DNA of 64,000 bases from Chryseobacterium gleum (GTDB lineage Bacteria > Bacteroidota > Bacteroidia > Flavobacteriales_D > Sanyastnellaceae): the NCBI GenBank assembly GCA_945881835.1, contig CAMCVP010000005.1:62948-126947 (forward strand). Direction: 5' to 3'. Numbering within the stretch: the stretch's first letter is position 1; each line of letters begins with the position of its first letter. A program made the translations under genes and the position numbers. Positions 19,302 to 28,886 of this stretch are shown here, one piece after another. A model generated the notes under the pieces. It saw only the letters and a program-made list of their open reading frames with translations. It was not told where the DNA came from and did no database searches.

Positions 19302-21062
19302 TTATTCTCCTCCTTTCGCTCCGATACCCGATGGTGAACCTACGCGGTCCATAGCGCAACGGAATCCAAGAGAACGACTAGACTTTCTTTCGTCTAAGAA
19401 TCTTCTTGTACTAGGAATGTTGTAATACACACGGTCTTCCCAGCTACCGCCTTTGTATACGCGAGATCTGTTATTGATTAAGGTTGTTTTTCCATAATCA
19501 TACATTCGGTCTGCACGATTTTCAAAGTCAGGGTTCAAATATTTAGAACTGCTTTGGAAATCACCGTCATTGAAATCAATGTTGTCTGCCTTGCGGTAAT
19601 TCGTTCTGTTGATGTTTTCTTCCAACGAAACGTTTCTCATTTTCTGACGACCTGAAGTACTTACGATGAAGTTCTCGATGTTGTCTACCATGGTGTATGC
19701 GATATCAGCTTCTGAGCTTCGAATCAATTCCATGATTTCATCCATGATTGCCATAGATTCTTCTTCACGGCGTTGGTCACGCTTTTCAATCGCTTGATCT
19801 ATCTTCACTAAACTTTGATCTAACACTTGAATATCTTTTTCTCCATACTTACTACGCGTAATCAACGACGAATCTTTCAAGCTTTCCAAGTAACGCTTTA
19901 CTTCGTCTACATCGTATACGTTGTAAGTCAACTTGTCTGCAACAGAACCATCACTGTTTAACGTTTTTGTCTTGTATACGTTACCTCTGTATGGACGGAA
20001 TTCAGAACGATCTTCGTCGGTAAGTGGGCGATATACATCAGAAACCCACTCAGAAACGTTACCCGCCATGTTGTACAATCCGAAATCGTTTGGAGGATAT
20101 TGATAAACTGGTGCAGTAATGTCTGCGTTATCGTTTAAGTATCCTGCAACACCCATCGCATCTCCGGTCCCACGCATGAAGTTCGCACGCATTGTTCCGA
20201 AGTACTCTGTACCGTTATCACCGTTACGCACGTAGTGACCGTTCCAAGGATAGGTTCTGCGATCTGTAATTAATTCTTGGTATGAGTTTCCGATAAGGGC
20301 CATTGCAGCATATTCCCATTCTGCCTCATTAGGCAAGCGGTAACGTGGCAATAGAATTCCATCTTCCATTCTAACTTTACGGAAAGGATCTCCTTTAGGA
20401 TTGTAGTTTGGAAGACCTTCTCCCAACTGCTCTCCTTCGTATTGTCCGTTGAAATATGTTTCAGTCGTGAAATGCTCATCTGCTCCTTGCGCTGCCAAGT
20501 TGTGTGCAAGGAATCCTTCACGAACAAGAATTTGCTCGTTTACACGGTCTGTTCTCCAAGAGCAATAGTCGTTTGCTTGCAACCAGCTCACTCCAACTAC
20601 AGGATAATCTTGGTAAGCTGGGTGACGTAAATACAGTTCAACGTATTTCTCCATGTCTTGATCCTTCTGTCTCCAGCAGTTGGTATCTGGAAGCGCGCGA
20701 CCAATAAGTTCTGGATATGAATCTGCGTAAACCATCTCTAACCAGTGCAAATAATCTAACCAGTGCTGATTGGTTACTTCCGTTTCGTCCATATAAAATG
20801 AACTCACAGTAACAGGAGTTTGTAGGTTATCCCAAGAATAGTTCACGTCATCTTCTACGCGACCCATTGAGAAGCGACCGCCTTCAATGAATACTAAACC
20901 TGGACCGGTTTCTTGTCCTGCATACTCAATACGATCGAAACCTCCGTTGTCTGGATTGTTGTATTCCCAACCCGTTGCGGAAGAACGATTCTCCTCACAA
21001 GAGTTAAGCACAACCATACCCGAGAGGGCGAGTGTTGTAAGGGTTAATTTAAAGTTTTTCAT
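19302..21062 (-). CDS. gldJ: Gliding motility lipoprotein GldJ (FGE/sulfatase-modifying-factor fold)
   Basis: Lipobox LNSC. FGE-domain blocks (FYMDETEVTN, YPVVGVSW, MAGNVSEWV, VYKGGSWED, GFRCAM). ~586 aa, and the murF/porU/porV neighbourhood matches what I recall for Flavobacterium. Confidence 0.85.
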   Translation of the reverse strand: MKNFKLTLTTLALSGMVVLNSCEENRSSATGWEYNNPDNGGFDRIEYAGQETGPGLVFIEGGRFSMGRVEDDVNYSWDNLQTPVTVSSFYMDETEVTNQHWLDYLHWLEMVYADSYPELIGRALPDTNCWRQKDQDMEKYVELYLRHPAYQDYPVVGVSWLQANDYCSWRTDRVNEQILVREGFLAHNLAAQGADEHFTTETYFNGQYEGEQLGEGLPNYNPKGDPFRKVRMEDGILLPRYRLPNEAEWEYAAMALIGNSYQELITDRRTYPWNGHYVRNGDNGTEYFGTMRANFMRGTGDAMGVAGYLNDNADITAPVYQYPPNDFGLYNMAGNVSEWVSDVYRPLTDEDRSEFRPYRGNVYKTKTLNSDGSVADKLTYNVYDVDEVKRYLESLKDSSLITRSKYGEKDIQVLDQSLVKIDQAIEKRDQRREEESMAIMDEIMELIRSSEADIAYTMVDNIENFIVSTSGRQKMRNVSLEENINRTNYRKADNIDFNDGDFQSSSKYLNPDFENRADRMYDYGKTTLINNRSRVYKGGSWEDRVYYNIPSTRRFLDERKSSRSLGFRCAMDRVGSPSGIGAKGGE

Positions 21063-21104
21063 GATTTCCTATTTTATGAAATAACTGTTGGGTTTCTGAT
21101 ATAA

Positions 21105-22091
21105 CTAAAAAGAAGGACACGCTATTGTGCGGAACTTCGGTTTTCTTGGGCGGCAATCGAAATTAATTGCCAAAGACACTTCGTGAGAACCTCCGGTTGC
21201 TGGTGTTAAAGCGCTAACTGTGATGTCATAGCTGTAGCCCACACGGATATTATCATTTTGTAGTCCTAAAGTAGCAATGAAGCTATCACTGTATCGCTGT
21301 CCGAATAACAATCCACGGAACCAAACTCCAGCAACGATAGGACCTTTGGTCACATACATTCCTAAGTTCAATTGTTGGAATTCACCTTGACGACGATAAA
21401 GAATGTTAGGAGAAAGTGTGCTTGAATCTTTGTACTTCTGCTTTATAGGAATTACTGCACCTGCGTGAACAGTATACTTCATTGGAAGACGAGAGGTTCC
21501 AACAATTAAGCTTTCGTTTGGCTCATTCAAGTGATGAACTGCAAAACCTCCGTAAAATGTTTGGCTAAAACCTAGGACTCCAGCTGAAAAGTCAATGTTT
21601 TTAACGCTTCCACCGCGAGGGATATCGTTTGTCTCGTAGATAAATCCTTTGCGAGGGTCAATCATATCTCCGAAGGTAAGCTTGCTCCAGTCTAAAGACT
21701 TTTGAAAATAAGAAGCCTGGAAACCAGCCTTAATGCTGAATTTACGATTTATTGCTTGCTGGTAGGAATAAATTCCACTTACAACGGTCGTATTTAAGGT
21801 GTTTTGAGCGGCACGATCGTTCATAACCATAATGCCTAAACCACCCGAAACGGTTTCAACGTGCTGATCATAACTGGCACACGTCGTAACGTAAGCACCC
21901 GTTAGTGAAGGCCATTGGTTTCTGTAATTCATTACAAAACGTGGACACTTAGAAGTCCCTGCAAATGCGGGATTCAAATAGAGTGGGTTTGAGTAAAACT
22001 GTGTGAACTCGGGATCCTGGGCCATAACATTCGTTATACCCATTACACAGATCATGAACCCTAAGAATTTTAATTTCATCGCAATCTTCAT
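21105..22091 (-). CDS. PorP/SprF family type IX secretion membrane protein
   Basis: Signal peptide, then AQDPEFTQFYSNPLYLNPAFAG, the family-defining N-terminal block. The rest is beta-rich and ends in F. The start is ambiguous among three ATGs (22139, 22091, 22079). Confidence 0.8.
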   Translation of the reverse strand: MKIAMKLKFLGFMICVMGITNVMAQDPEFTQFYSNPLYLNPAFAGTSKCPRFVMNYRNQWPSLTGAYVTTCASYDQHVETVSGGLGIMVMNDRAAQNTLNTTVVSGIYSYQQAINRKFSIKAGFQASYFQKSLDWSKLTFGDMIDPRKGFIYETNDIPRGGSVKNIDFSAGVLGFSQTFYGGFAVHHLNEPNESLIVGTSRLPMKYTVHAGAVIPIKQKYKDSSTLSPNILYRRQGEFQQLNLGMYVTKGPIVAGVWFRGLLFGQRYSDSFIATLGLQNDNIRVGYSYDITVSALTPATGGSHEVSLAINFDCRPRKPKFRTIACPSF

Positions 22092-22228
22092 TCGAAAGTT
22101 TGTAAAAAATATTCGATTTGAATAGCAATTATACAACATTTTTGCTTTCGAATTACAAGAGGCCTAAACAATAAATCGGAATTACTTTGGTTATTGGCAA
22201 GCCTCAAAGCAAAACCTCTGAAGATTAA

Positions 22229-25200
22229 ATGCGTACGATTAAGTTAATACTATTTTGTATTTCAGCTGTTTACATATCAAATGTTACAGCTCAAGCGGTC
22301 ATTGTGTCCGAACAAAAAATTGATTGGTTAGACCTTCAACAAAACAGGACTACTCCGTCCGTTGTTGGCGATCTCTGTCCTTCCCTTGTTGTTTCCGACA
22401 ATTACACCGTTCCTGTTTTGGCTTTTCGAACAAAATCATTCAACAGTGAAAAATTCATCCAACCTTTCCTATCGAATATTGCAACATCAGAGATAAGTGC
22501 CACTTATTTCGACCAGGATCAACTAAGATTTATTGGAGAAGATTTTCGTGTGGAACTCGAATCGGTTCAATTCGATGAAAAACATCAGCAAGTAGCTATT
22601 GTCATTCCTTTTAGAAAAAGGAATGGCAAAATTGAGCGACTACTAACTTTCGAAATTCAGGCTTCTACTTCCTTCACTGAAGTAAAAAAGAACAATTACA
22701 CCTATGCCGATCACAGTGTTTTAGCAGATGGCGATATATATAAGATTGCAATTGCGAAAGATGGCGTTTACAAAATAGACCGCAGTTTTTTGGAATCTTT
22801 GGGTATCTCGATTTCTGGATTGGATCCGAACACCATAAACATTTATGGGAACGGAGGAGCACTTCTGCCCGAAAAAAACTTCGTGTCAAAAGCAGATGAC
22901 TTGGTGAAAAACGCCATTCATATTCAAGGCGAATCAGACGGTGTTTTCAACGCGAATGATTACATTCTTTTTTATGGAAAGGGTCCCGACACCTGGACCT
23001 TGGCCCACGACAATGGAATCAACCGTAAGCGTTGGTTTCACACCAAACATTACTACAGCGATTCAGCTTATTATTTTATCAAAATCAACGACCACGCGCC
23101 ACTGCGTATTTCGACAGAAAACAACACTTTCACTGCCAATAGAATCTCCGATTCTTTTCAAGATTTTTTATATGTTGAAACAGACCAATACAGTCCGGCA
23201 AAATCGGGCAGAGAATTTTATGGCGACTTGTACGATGCTGTTCTTTCAGGGACATACACCTTTAATTTTCCAAATGTCAAAACAACTGTCCCTGCTAGTA
23301 TGGACTTCAGTGCAATAGCGCGAACAATTGGAGGCAGTTCCGTTTTCACGGCTACAGTTCAAGGAAATACGAATACCATTTCAATAGGAAATGTAACCGA
23401 CTCGCCGACCTCACAAGTTGCCAGAACGGGTAGAATTAACACATCTTTTCTTCCCACAAATGGAAACTTCAACGTTTCTGTAAATTTCAACAAAGGGAAT
23501 GCAGATGCAAAAGGATGGCTCGACTACATCTGTGTGAATGCAACACAGCAATTGAAAATGCAAGGAACACAAATGCGTTTTCGAGACACTCTTTCTGTTG
23601 GACTTGGAAATATTACTGAATTCCAAATTTCAGAGCAAGCATATGCTGTAAATGAAATTTGGGATATTACAAATTTCACAACGCCAACGCGCATGACTTT
23701 GTCTAACAGTGGCACCATAAGCTCATGGACCACAGATACAGATGAGTTAAAAGAATTTGTTGCTTTTGCTTCGAGTTTTTACACACCTGTGGCTATCGGC
23801 AAGGTTGAAAATCAAGATATACACGGATGGGCAAGCACTGAACTCATCATTATTTCTTCTCCAGTGCTAATGCCTGTTGCCGAAGAAATCGCAACCATTC
23901 ACAGAGGGCAAGGGCAATCTGTTCAAATAGCAACACCGCTGCAAATCTTCAACGAATTTTCGAGTGGAAATCCTGATGCCATGGCTTTCCGTCAACTGGT
24001 TAAGATGCAATATGACCGAGCAAATGGCGGTTCACGCGCACCGAAGAATTTGCTAATTTTAGGAGATGGTGATTATTCGAGAAACAAAGGCATTGCGAAC
24101 CACGAAGGAACAAACGTTCTTGTTTTCGAATCGAACAACTCACTCTCTCCGACGAGTAGTTATGTGAGCGATGATTACTTCGTAATGGTCTCTCCGCTTG
24201 AAGATGGAAATTCCATTGGACTTTTAGATTGCGGGGTCGGAAGAATTCCAGCGAGTTCTTTGAATGAGGCATACGGTTACTTGGGAAAAATTAAAGCGTA
24301 CTTAGCTGAAAACACTTCGAGCAACGGAGGGGCTTCATGTATTGGGGATGTCCAGGACTCTCCTTTCGGCAATTGGAGAAATGTTATAACGTTCGTGGCA
24401 GATGACCAAGACGGCAGCGGCGGGGCGTATGAGCAAGTTCATTTAAACTCTGCAAACAGTCTAGCAAATATTGTTTCAACCAATCATCCCAATTACGATA
24501 TTTCGAAGTTGTACATGGATGCCTACACACAAATTTCAACTCCGGGTGGTGAGCGATATGTCGATGGTGAAAAAGCCATTCAACAGCGCGTTCAAAGTGG
24601 ATCATTGCTCATGACATACATTGGTCACGGAGGTGAAAAGGGGTGGGCACATGAACGTATTTTGGACCTTCCAACTATTGAAGGATTCACAAACAAATAC
24701 CGCTTGCCTGTTTTCTTAACTGCAACCTGCGAATTAGCACGCTATGACGATCCAGAATTTAAATCTGCCGGCGAATTACTCGTTATGAATGCCAATGGAG
24801 GAGCTATCGCTATGCTCACTACAACGCGCATTGTATTTAGTGGGGAAAACTATGAAATGGATTTAGCATTTTTCGAGCATGCTTTGTACAGTGAAAACGG
24901 AAATTTAAAGACACTTGGTGAATTAAATATGCTTACCAAAAACGGAGTGTCAATCGGAAACGATAGCAAACCAAATTTCAGTTTACTTGGCGATCCAGCA
25001 CTTACCATGGTTTACCCAAAACTAAACGTTGAAACCACGCATATCAACAACACAGAACTAGCTGCTTTCACAGATACCTTGAAGGCTCTTGACGAGGTCG
25101 AGTTCAAAGGAAAGGTAACCGACAGCAACGGTAATTTCCTAACTAATTACAATGGCTTTATCTACCCCACTGTCTTCGATAAAGAATCGAAAGTGATTAC

Positions 25201-26110
25201 ACAGAATAACGATCAGAACGGTGAAGAAGGGCAATTTCAAGAATTCTCTTCTTACAATAAAATTATTTACAGAGGAAAAGCGAGTGTGACGAATGGCGAA
25301 TTTTCATTCAAATTCATCGTACCCTTCGATATTAACTATTCTGTCGACAGCGCACGTGTGAGCTATTACACTGTTTCGGGAAATAATGACGGTCACGGAT
25401 TTTGTGAAGCATTTAAAATCGGAAGTTTGAATCCGAATGCGCAATTAAACACCGTTGGTCCAGAAATATCATTGTTCCTAAACGATTCGACATTTGTAAG
25501 CGGAGGTTCTACGAATACTACACCGATTATTCTTGCAAAACTTCAAGATGAAAATGGAATCAACACAGTTGGAAATGGTGTTGGACATAACCTTACAGCT
25601 ATCATCGATGGCAACTCTGCCAAGCCCATTGTTTTGAATGATTTCTATGAGTCTGATTTAGACACATACACCAGCGGGGAAGTTCGTTACCCATTAAGCG
25701 CACTGTCTAAAGGCGATCATACGCTTACAGTAAAAGCTTGGGATGTCTTCAACAACAGCAACGAAGAGACTATTCAGTTCCGTGTGGAAGAAGATTCCAA
25801 AGTTGCGCTTAGTCACTTGTTGAATTATCCGAATCCGTTTACCACGAATACCAGTTTCATCTACGAACACAATCAAGCCTGTCAGCAGCTCGATGCACGT
25901 GTTCAAATTTTCACGGTAAGTGGAAAATTGGTGAAGACGATAGAATCTTCATTCTATGCCACTGGCTTTCGCGGACAAGATATTCCTTGGGATGGCAAAG
26001 ATGATTTTGGCAATGCCATTGGAAGAGGAACTTATATCTACAAGTTAGAACTTCGAAATGAAAAAGGACAACGCGCCGAATCGTTCCAAAAATTGGTAAT
26101 TTTAAAATAA
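22229..26110 (+). CDS. porU: Type IX secretion system sortase PorU (C25 peptidase family)
   Basis: 1293 aa with a signal peptide. Candidate catalytic His/Cys lie in YIGHGGEKGW and FLTATCELARYD. There is a type-A CTD-like end (LNYPNPFTTNTSF...YIYKLEL...). The gene lies directly upstream of porV. Confidence 0.85.
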   Translation: MRTIKLILFCISAVYISNVTAQAVIVSEQKIDWLDLQQNRTTPSVVGDLCPSLVVSDNYTVPVLAFRTKSFNSEKFIQPFLSNIATSEISATYFDQDQLRFIGEDFRVELESVQFDEKHQQVAIVIPFRKRNGKIERLLTFEIQASTSFTEVKKNNYTYADHSVLADGDIYKIAIAKDGVYKIDRSFLESLGISISGLDPNTINIYGNGGALLPEKNFVSKADDLVKNAIHIQGESDGVFNANDYILFYGKGPDTWTLAHDNGINRKRWFHTKHYYSDSAYYFIKINDHAPLRISTENNTFTANRISDSFQDFLYVETDQYSPAKSGREFYGDLYDAVLSGTYTFNFPNVKTTVPASMDFSAIARTIGGSSVFTATVQGNTNTISIGNVTDSPTSQVARTGRINTSFLPTNGNFNVSVNFNKGNADAKGWLDYICVNATQQLKMQGTQMRFRDTLSVGLGNITEFQISEQAYAVNEIWDITNFTTPTRMTLSNSGTISSWTTDTDELKEFVAFASSFYTPVAIGKVENQDIHGWASTELIIISSPVLMPVAEEIATIHRGQGQSVQIATPLQIFNEFSSGNPDAMAFRQLVKMQYDRANGGSRAPKNLLILGDGDYSRNKGIANHEGTNVLVFESNNSLSPTSSYVSDDYFVMVSPLEDGNSIGLLDCGVGRIPASSLNEAYGYLGKIKAYLAENTSSNGGASCIGDVQDSPFGNWRNVITFVADDQDGSGGAYEQVHLNSANSLANIVSTNHPNYDISKLYMDAYTQISTPGGERYVDGEKAIQQRVQSGSLLMTYIGHGGEKGWAHERILDLPTIEGFTNKYRLPVFLTATCELARYDDPEFKSAGELLVMNANGGAIAMLTTTRIVFSGENYEMDLAFFEHALYSENGNLKTLGELNMLTKNGVSIGNDSKPNFSLLGDPALTMVYPKLNVETTHINNTELAAFTDTLKALDEVEFKGKVTDSNGNFLTNYNGFIYPTVFDKESKVITQNNDQNGEEGQFQEFSSYNKIIYRGKASVTNGEFSFKFIVPFDINYSVDSARVSYYTVSGNNDGHGFCEAFKIGSLNPNAQLNTVGPEISLFLNDSTFVSGGSTNTTPIILAKLQDENGINTVGNGVGHNLTAIIDGNSAKPIVLNDFYESDLDTYTSGEVRYPLSALSKGDHTLTVKAWDVFNNSNEETIQFRVEEDSKVALSHLLNYPNPFTTNTSFIYEHNQACQQLDARVQIFTVSGKLVKTIESSFYATGFRGQDIPWDGKDDFGNAIGRGTYIYKLELRNEKGQRAESFQKLVILK

Positions 26111-26133
26111 TCTGTTGAAGAGCATATGTATGT

Positions 26134-26141
26134 TAAATTTG
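26134..26141 (+). promoter_or_regulatory. Candidate -7 box (TAAATTTG) for porV
   Basis: Exact TAnnTTTG, 8 nt upstream of ATG 26150, in the porU-porV gap. Confidence 0.4.
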
Positions 26142-26149
26142 CAACAAGC

Positions 26150-27391
26150 ATGAAAAGTATTTTCAAAATAAATAGTTTAGTCGCAGCCTTGGTACTATTG
26201 ACCAATGTAGCTTTTGCGCAACTTACAAATCCGAATGAGTTGAATGGTCGCCAAGCTACCATCAACACCATTACTACAGCCGTTCCATTTTTAACCATTG
26301 CACCTGACTCTCGCAGCGGTGCTCTTGGAGACGCAGGAGTGGCGCTTGATCCAGACGCTAGCAGTATTCATTGGAACCCATCTAAAATGGCTTTCTCTGA
26401 AAACGATTTAGACGTTTCCGTTTCATACTCGCCTTGGTTACGTGCGTTGGTGAATGATATGAGTTTAACCTACTTGAGCGCCATTAAAAAATTAAGCAAG
26501 ACACAAGCTATCGGAGGATCACTTCGCTATTTCACTTTGGGAAATATCACCTTCACCGATGAGGTAGGAACTAACATTATGGATTTCCGTCCGGCTGAAT
26601 TTGCTCTTGACTTGGCCTACTCTCAAAAACTATCGAAAACATTTTCAGGAGGTATCGCGCTTCGCTACATCAACTCTAACTTAACTGGAAGAACAAACCT
26701 ACAAGGTGCTGAAAGCCGCCCTGGACAGTCAGTTGCGGTTGACGTATCTACTTTTTACACCAACGACAAAATTAAAATCGGTGGACGTAAATCGAAGTTA
26801 AATCTGGGATTAAATGTTTCGAATATTGGAGCGAAGATGAGTTATACTAACTCTGACAATCGCGATTTCATTCCAACCAACTTGCGTTTGGGAACTGCAA
26901 TTTCGTCTAATCTTGATGATTACAACAAACTAACTTTCTTGTTTGATTTGAACAAGCTTTTAGTTCCTTCCCCTCCTATTTATAACAACGGCGGTGACAC
27001 CATCATTTCTGGATACAATCCGGTTGTTGGAACAGCGACTGGGATGATTCAATCCTTCTATGATGCACCCGGAATCTATGATCCAGAAACAATGTCTATT
27101 GTACCTGGAAGTAAGTTCCGTGAAGAACTTCGCGAGTACAATATCGCAACTGGATTTGAATACGACTTCGCACAACAATTCGCTATTCGCTTAGGATATT
27201 TCCACGAGCATTACACAAAAGGAAATCGTCAATTCATTACGTTCGGTGCAGGATTGCACTATCAAGTACTTACGATTGACATGAGTTACTTGGTGAGTAC
27301 GACACAACAAAATCCATTAGCAAACACGTTACGTTTTAGCCTTCGCTTCAGCGTTGGTGCGAATGCAAAAGTTTCTGATCCTGTAGAATAA
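26150..27391 (+). CDS. porV: Type IX secretion outer-membrane shuttle protein PorV (LptO)
   Basis: Signal peptide, then the FLTIAPDSRSGALGDAGVA block typical of PorV/PorQ. It looks like a beta-barrel and sits downstream of porU. Confidence 0.85.
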   Translation: MKSIFKINSLVAALVLLTNVAFAQLTNPNELNGRQATINTITTAVPFLTIAPDSRSGALGDAGVALDPDASSIHWNPSKMAFSENDLDVSVSYSPWLRALVNDMSLTYLSAIKKLSKTQAIGGSLRYFTLGNITFTDEVGTNIMDFRPAEFALDLAYSQKLSKTFSGGIALRYINSNLTGRTNLQGAESRPGQSVAVDVSTFYTNDKIKIGGRKSKLNLGLNVSNIGAKMSYTNSDNRDFIPTNLRLGTAISSNLDDYNKLTFLFDLNKLLVPSPPIYNNGGDTIISGYNPVVGTATGMIQSFYDAPGIYDPETMSIVPGSKFREELREYNIATGFEYDFAQQFAIRLGYFHEHYTKGNRQFITFGAGLHYQVLTIDMSYLVSTTQQNPLANTLRFSLRFSVGANAKVSDPVE

Positions 27392-27870
27392 TGAAGATTC
27401 GCGTAGGGTTTGGATACGACGTCCATCAGTTAACTGAGAACCGAGAACTGTGGTTAGGCGGTGTTCAAATTCCTCATGACAAGGGAGCTTTAGGACACAG
27501 CGATGCCGATGTTCTTTTACACGCCATTTGCGATGCGTTGTTAGGCGCTGCAGGAAAACGAGATATTGGATTTTACTTTCCAGATACTTCATCAGAATTC
27601 AAAAACATTGATTCAAAAATTCTGCTTCAACGTACCATTCAAGTTTTAAAAGACGACGGATGGAAAGTTGGAAACATAGATTCTACGCTGTGTATGGAAC
27701 GTCCGAAAATTATGTCGTTCGTTCCTGAAATGAAGAAAGTCATTTCTTCCATTTGTGAAATTGAAGAAGAAGATGTGAGCATTAAGGCTACCACTTCAGA
27801 GAAGATGGGTTTTGTTGGAAGAGAAGAAGGCGTGAACGCTTATGCCGTTACGTTGATTCAAAAAGACTAA
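27391..27870 (+). CDS. ispF: 2-C-methyl-D-erythritol 2,4-cyclodiphosphate synthase
   Basis: IRVGFGYDVH and GHSDADVLLHAICDALLGA motifs. The start overlaps the porV stop (TAATG). Confidence 0.95.
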   Translation: MKIRVGFGYDVHQLTENRELWLGGVQIPHDKGALGHSDADVLLHAICDALLGAAGKRDIGFYFPDTSSEFKNIDSKILLQRTIQVLKDDGWKVGNIDSTLCMERPKIMSFVPEMKKVISSICEIEEEDVSIKATTSEKMGFVGREEGVNAYAVTLIQKD

Positions 27871-28880
27871 GCCCAGACTTTTGTTCCTTCCGAACAATTC
27901 TTACAGATATCTATTTCCTTTCTTCCTTTCAAGAGTTGTTTGCGGAACATTGCGTACGCTTTACCCTTCCAAATAGATTTAAAATCTTCCTTCGAAAGAT
28001 TGCCCATTTCATGGGTAGCATCTTTATCGAAACAACACGGAACAACCTTACCGTCCCAAGTGACCACTGCCCCACTCCACATGCGCCAGCAGTGATTGTC
28101 TAACGAAGATTTCACAATGAACTTTCCATTCGAAAGACGCTTATAACGACTGTATTTTTCTATGGTTGGAATAAGAGGATTGCCGTTTTCATAATCGTAA
28201 ACTTGCGCTGTCTTAAAACGAATTTCATCGACTTTGTATTCATTCGCCAATTGCTTCGCTTCTTCAATTTGATTTTCGTTTGGGCGGACCACCAAAAATT
28301 GAAAGATGATATGCGGAGTACTTGAATTTAGATTTTTTCTTGCTTCAACCAAATGCTTGGTGCCGTCTAACACCTTCTGCAACGAGCCGTGCACGCGGTA
28401 TTGCTCGTAGACCTCCTGTGTGGTTCCGTCTATTGAAATTAAAATTCGATCTAAACCGGATTGCACTATTTCAGTCGCTCTTTTTTCGGTGATGAAATGA
28501 GCGTTGGTGGAAGTGGAAGTATAAATACCCGCTTGCGAAGCCTTCGAAATGAATTGTAAAATATCGTTGTGAATGAAGGGCTCTCCTTGAAAATAGAAAT
28601 TCAGATAACTTAATGTTGGGGACAATTGATCGAGCCACCGATTGAAATTTTCAGCTTTTAAATTTCCTGTATCGCGCGAGAATTGTTTCAATCCGGAAGG
28701 ACATTCAGGACAACCGAGGTTACACGCGGTGGTTGGTTCAATGCTCAAGGAAATGGGCATTCCCCAAGGCTTTGCCGATTTGAAGAAACGCGAAAAATAA
28801 AAACCTATATAAACAAGCAAAGCGTTTGTTAAACGCTTTGCTGTTATTGTTTTTTGAATGAATCGAAGGAATTCCTTCAT
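27867..28880 (-). CDS. Radical SAM enzyme with C-terminal SPASM/twitch-like Cys cluster and N-terminal membrane anchor
   Basis: CX3CX2C = CNLGCPEC. The C-terminal region is CWRMW...VPCCFDKD...CKNCSEG. The N-terminal hydrophobic stretch is LTNALLVYIGFYFSRFF. Confidence 0.8.
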   Translation of the reverse strand: MKEFLRFIQKTITAKRLTNALLVYIGFYFSRFFKSAKPWGMPISLSIEPTTACNLGCPECPSGLKQFSRDTGNLKAENFNRWLDQLSPTLSYLNFYFQGEPFIHNDILQFISKASQAGIYTSTSTNAHFITEKRATEIVQSGLDRILISIDGTTQEVYEQYRVHGSLQKVLDGTKHLVEARKNLNSSTPHIIFQFLVVRPNENQIEEAKQLANEYKVDEIRFKTAQVYDYENGNPLIPTIEKYSRYKRLSNGKFIVKSSLDNHCWRMWSGAVVTWDGKVVPCCFDKDATHEMGNLSKEDFKSIWKGKAYAMFRKQLLKGRKEIDICKNCSEGTKVWA

Positions 28881-28886
28881 TCCATT

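Noticed and set aside
27867-28880. Radical SAM/SPASM gene as the core of a RiPP (peptide maturation) cluster
   Set aside because: No small ORF can fit on either side, and there are no protease, transporter or RiPP-recognition genes nearby.
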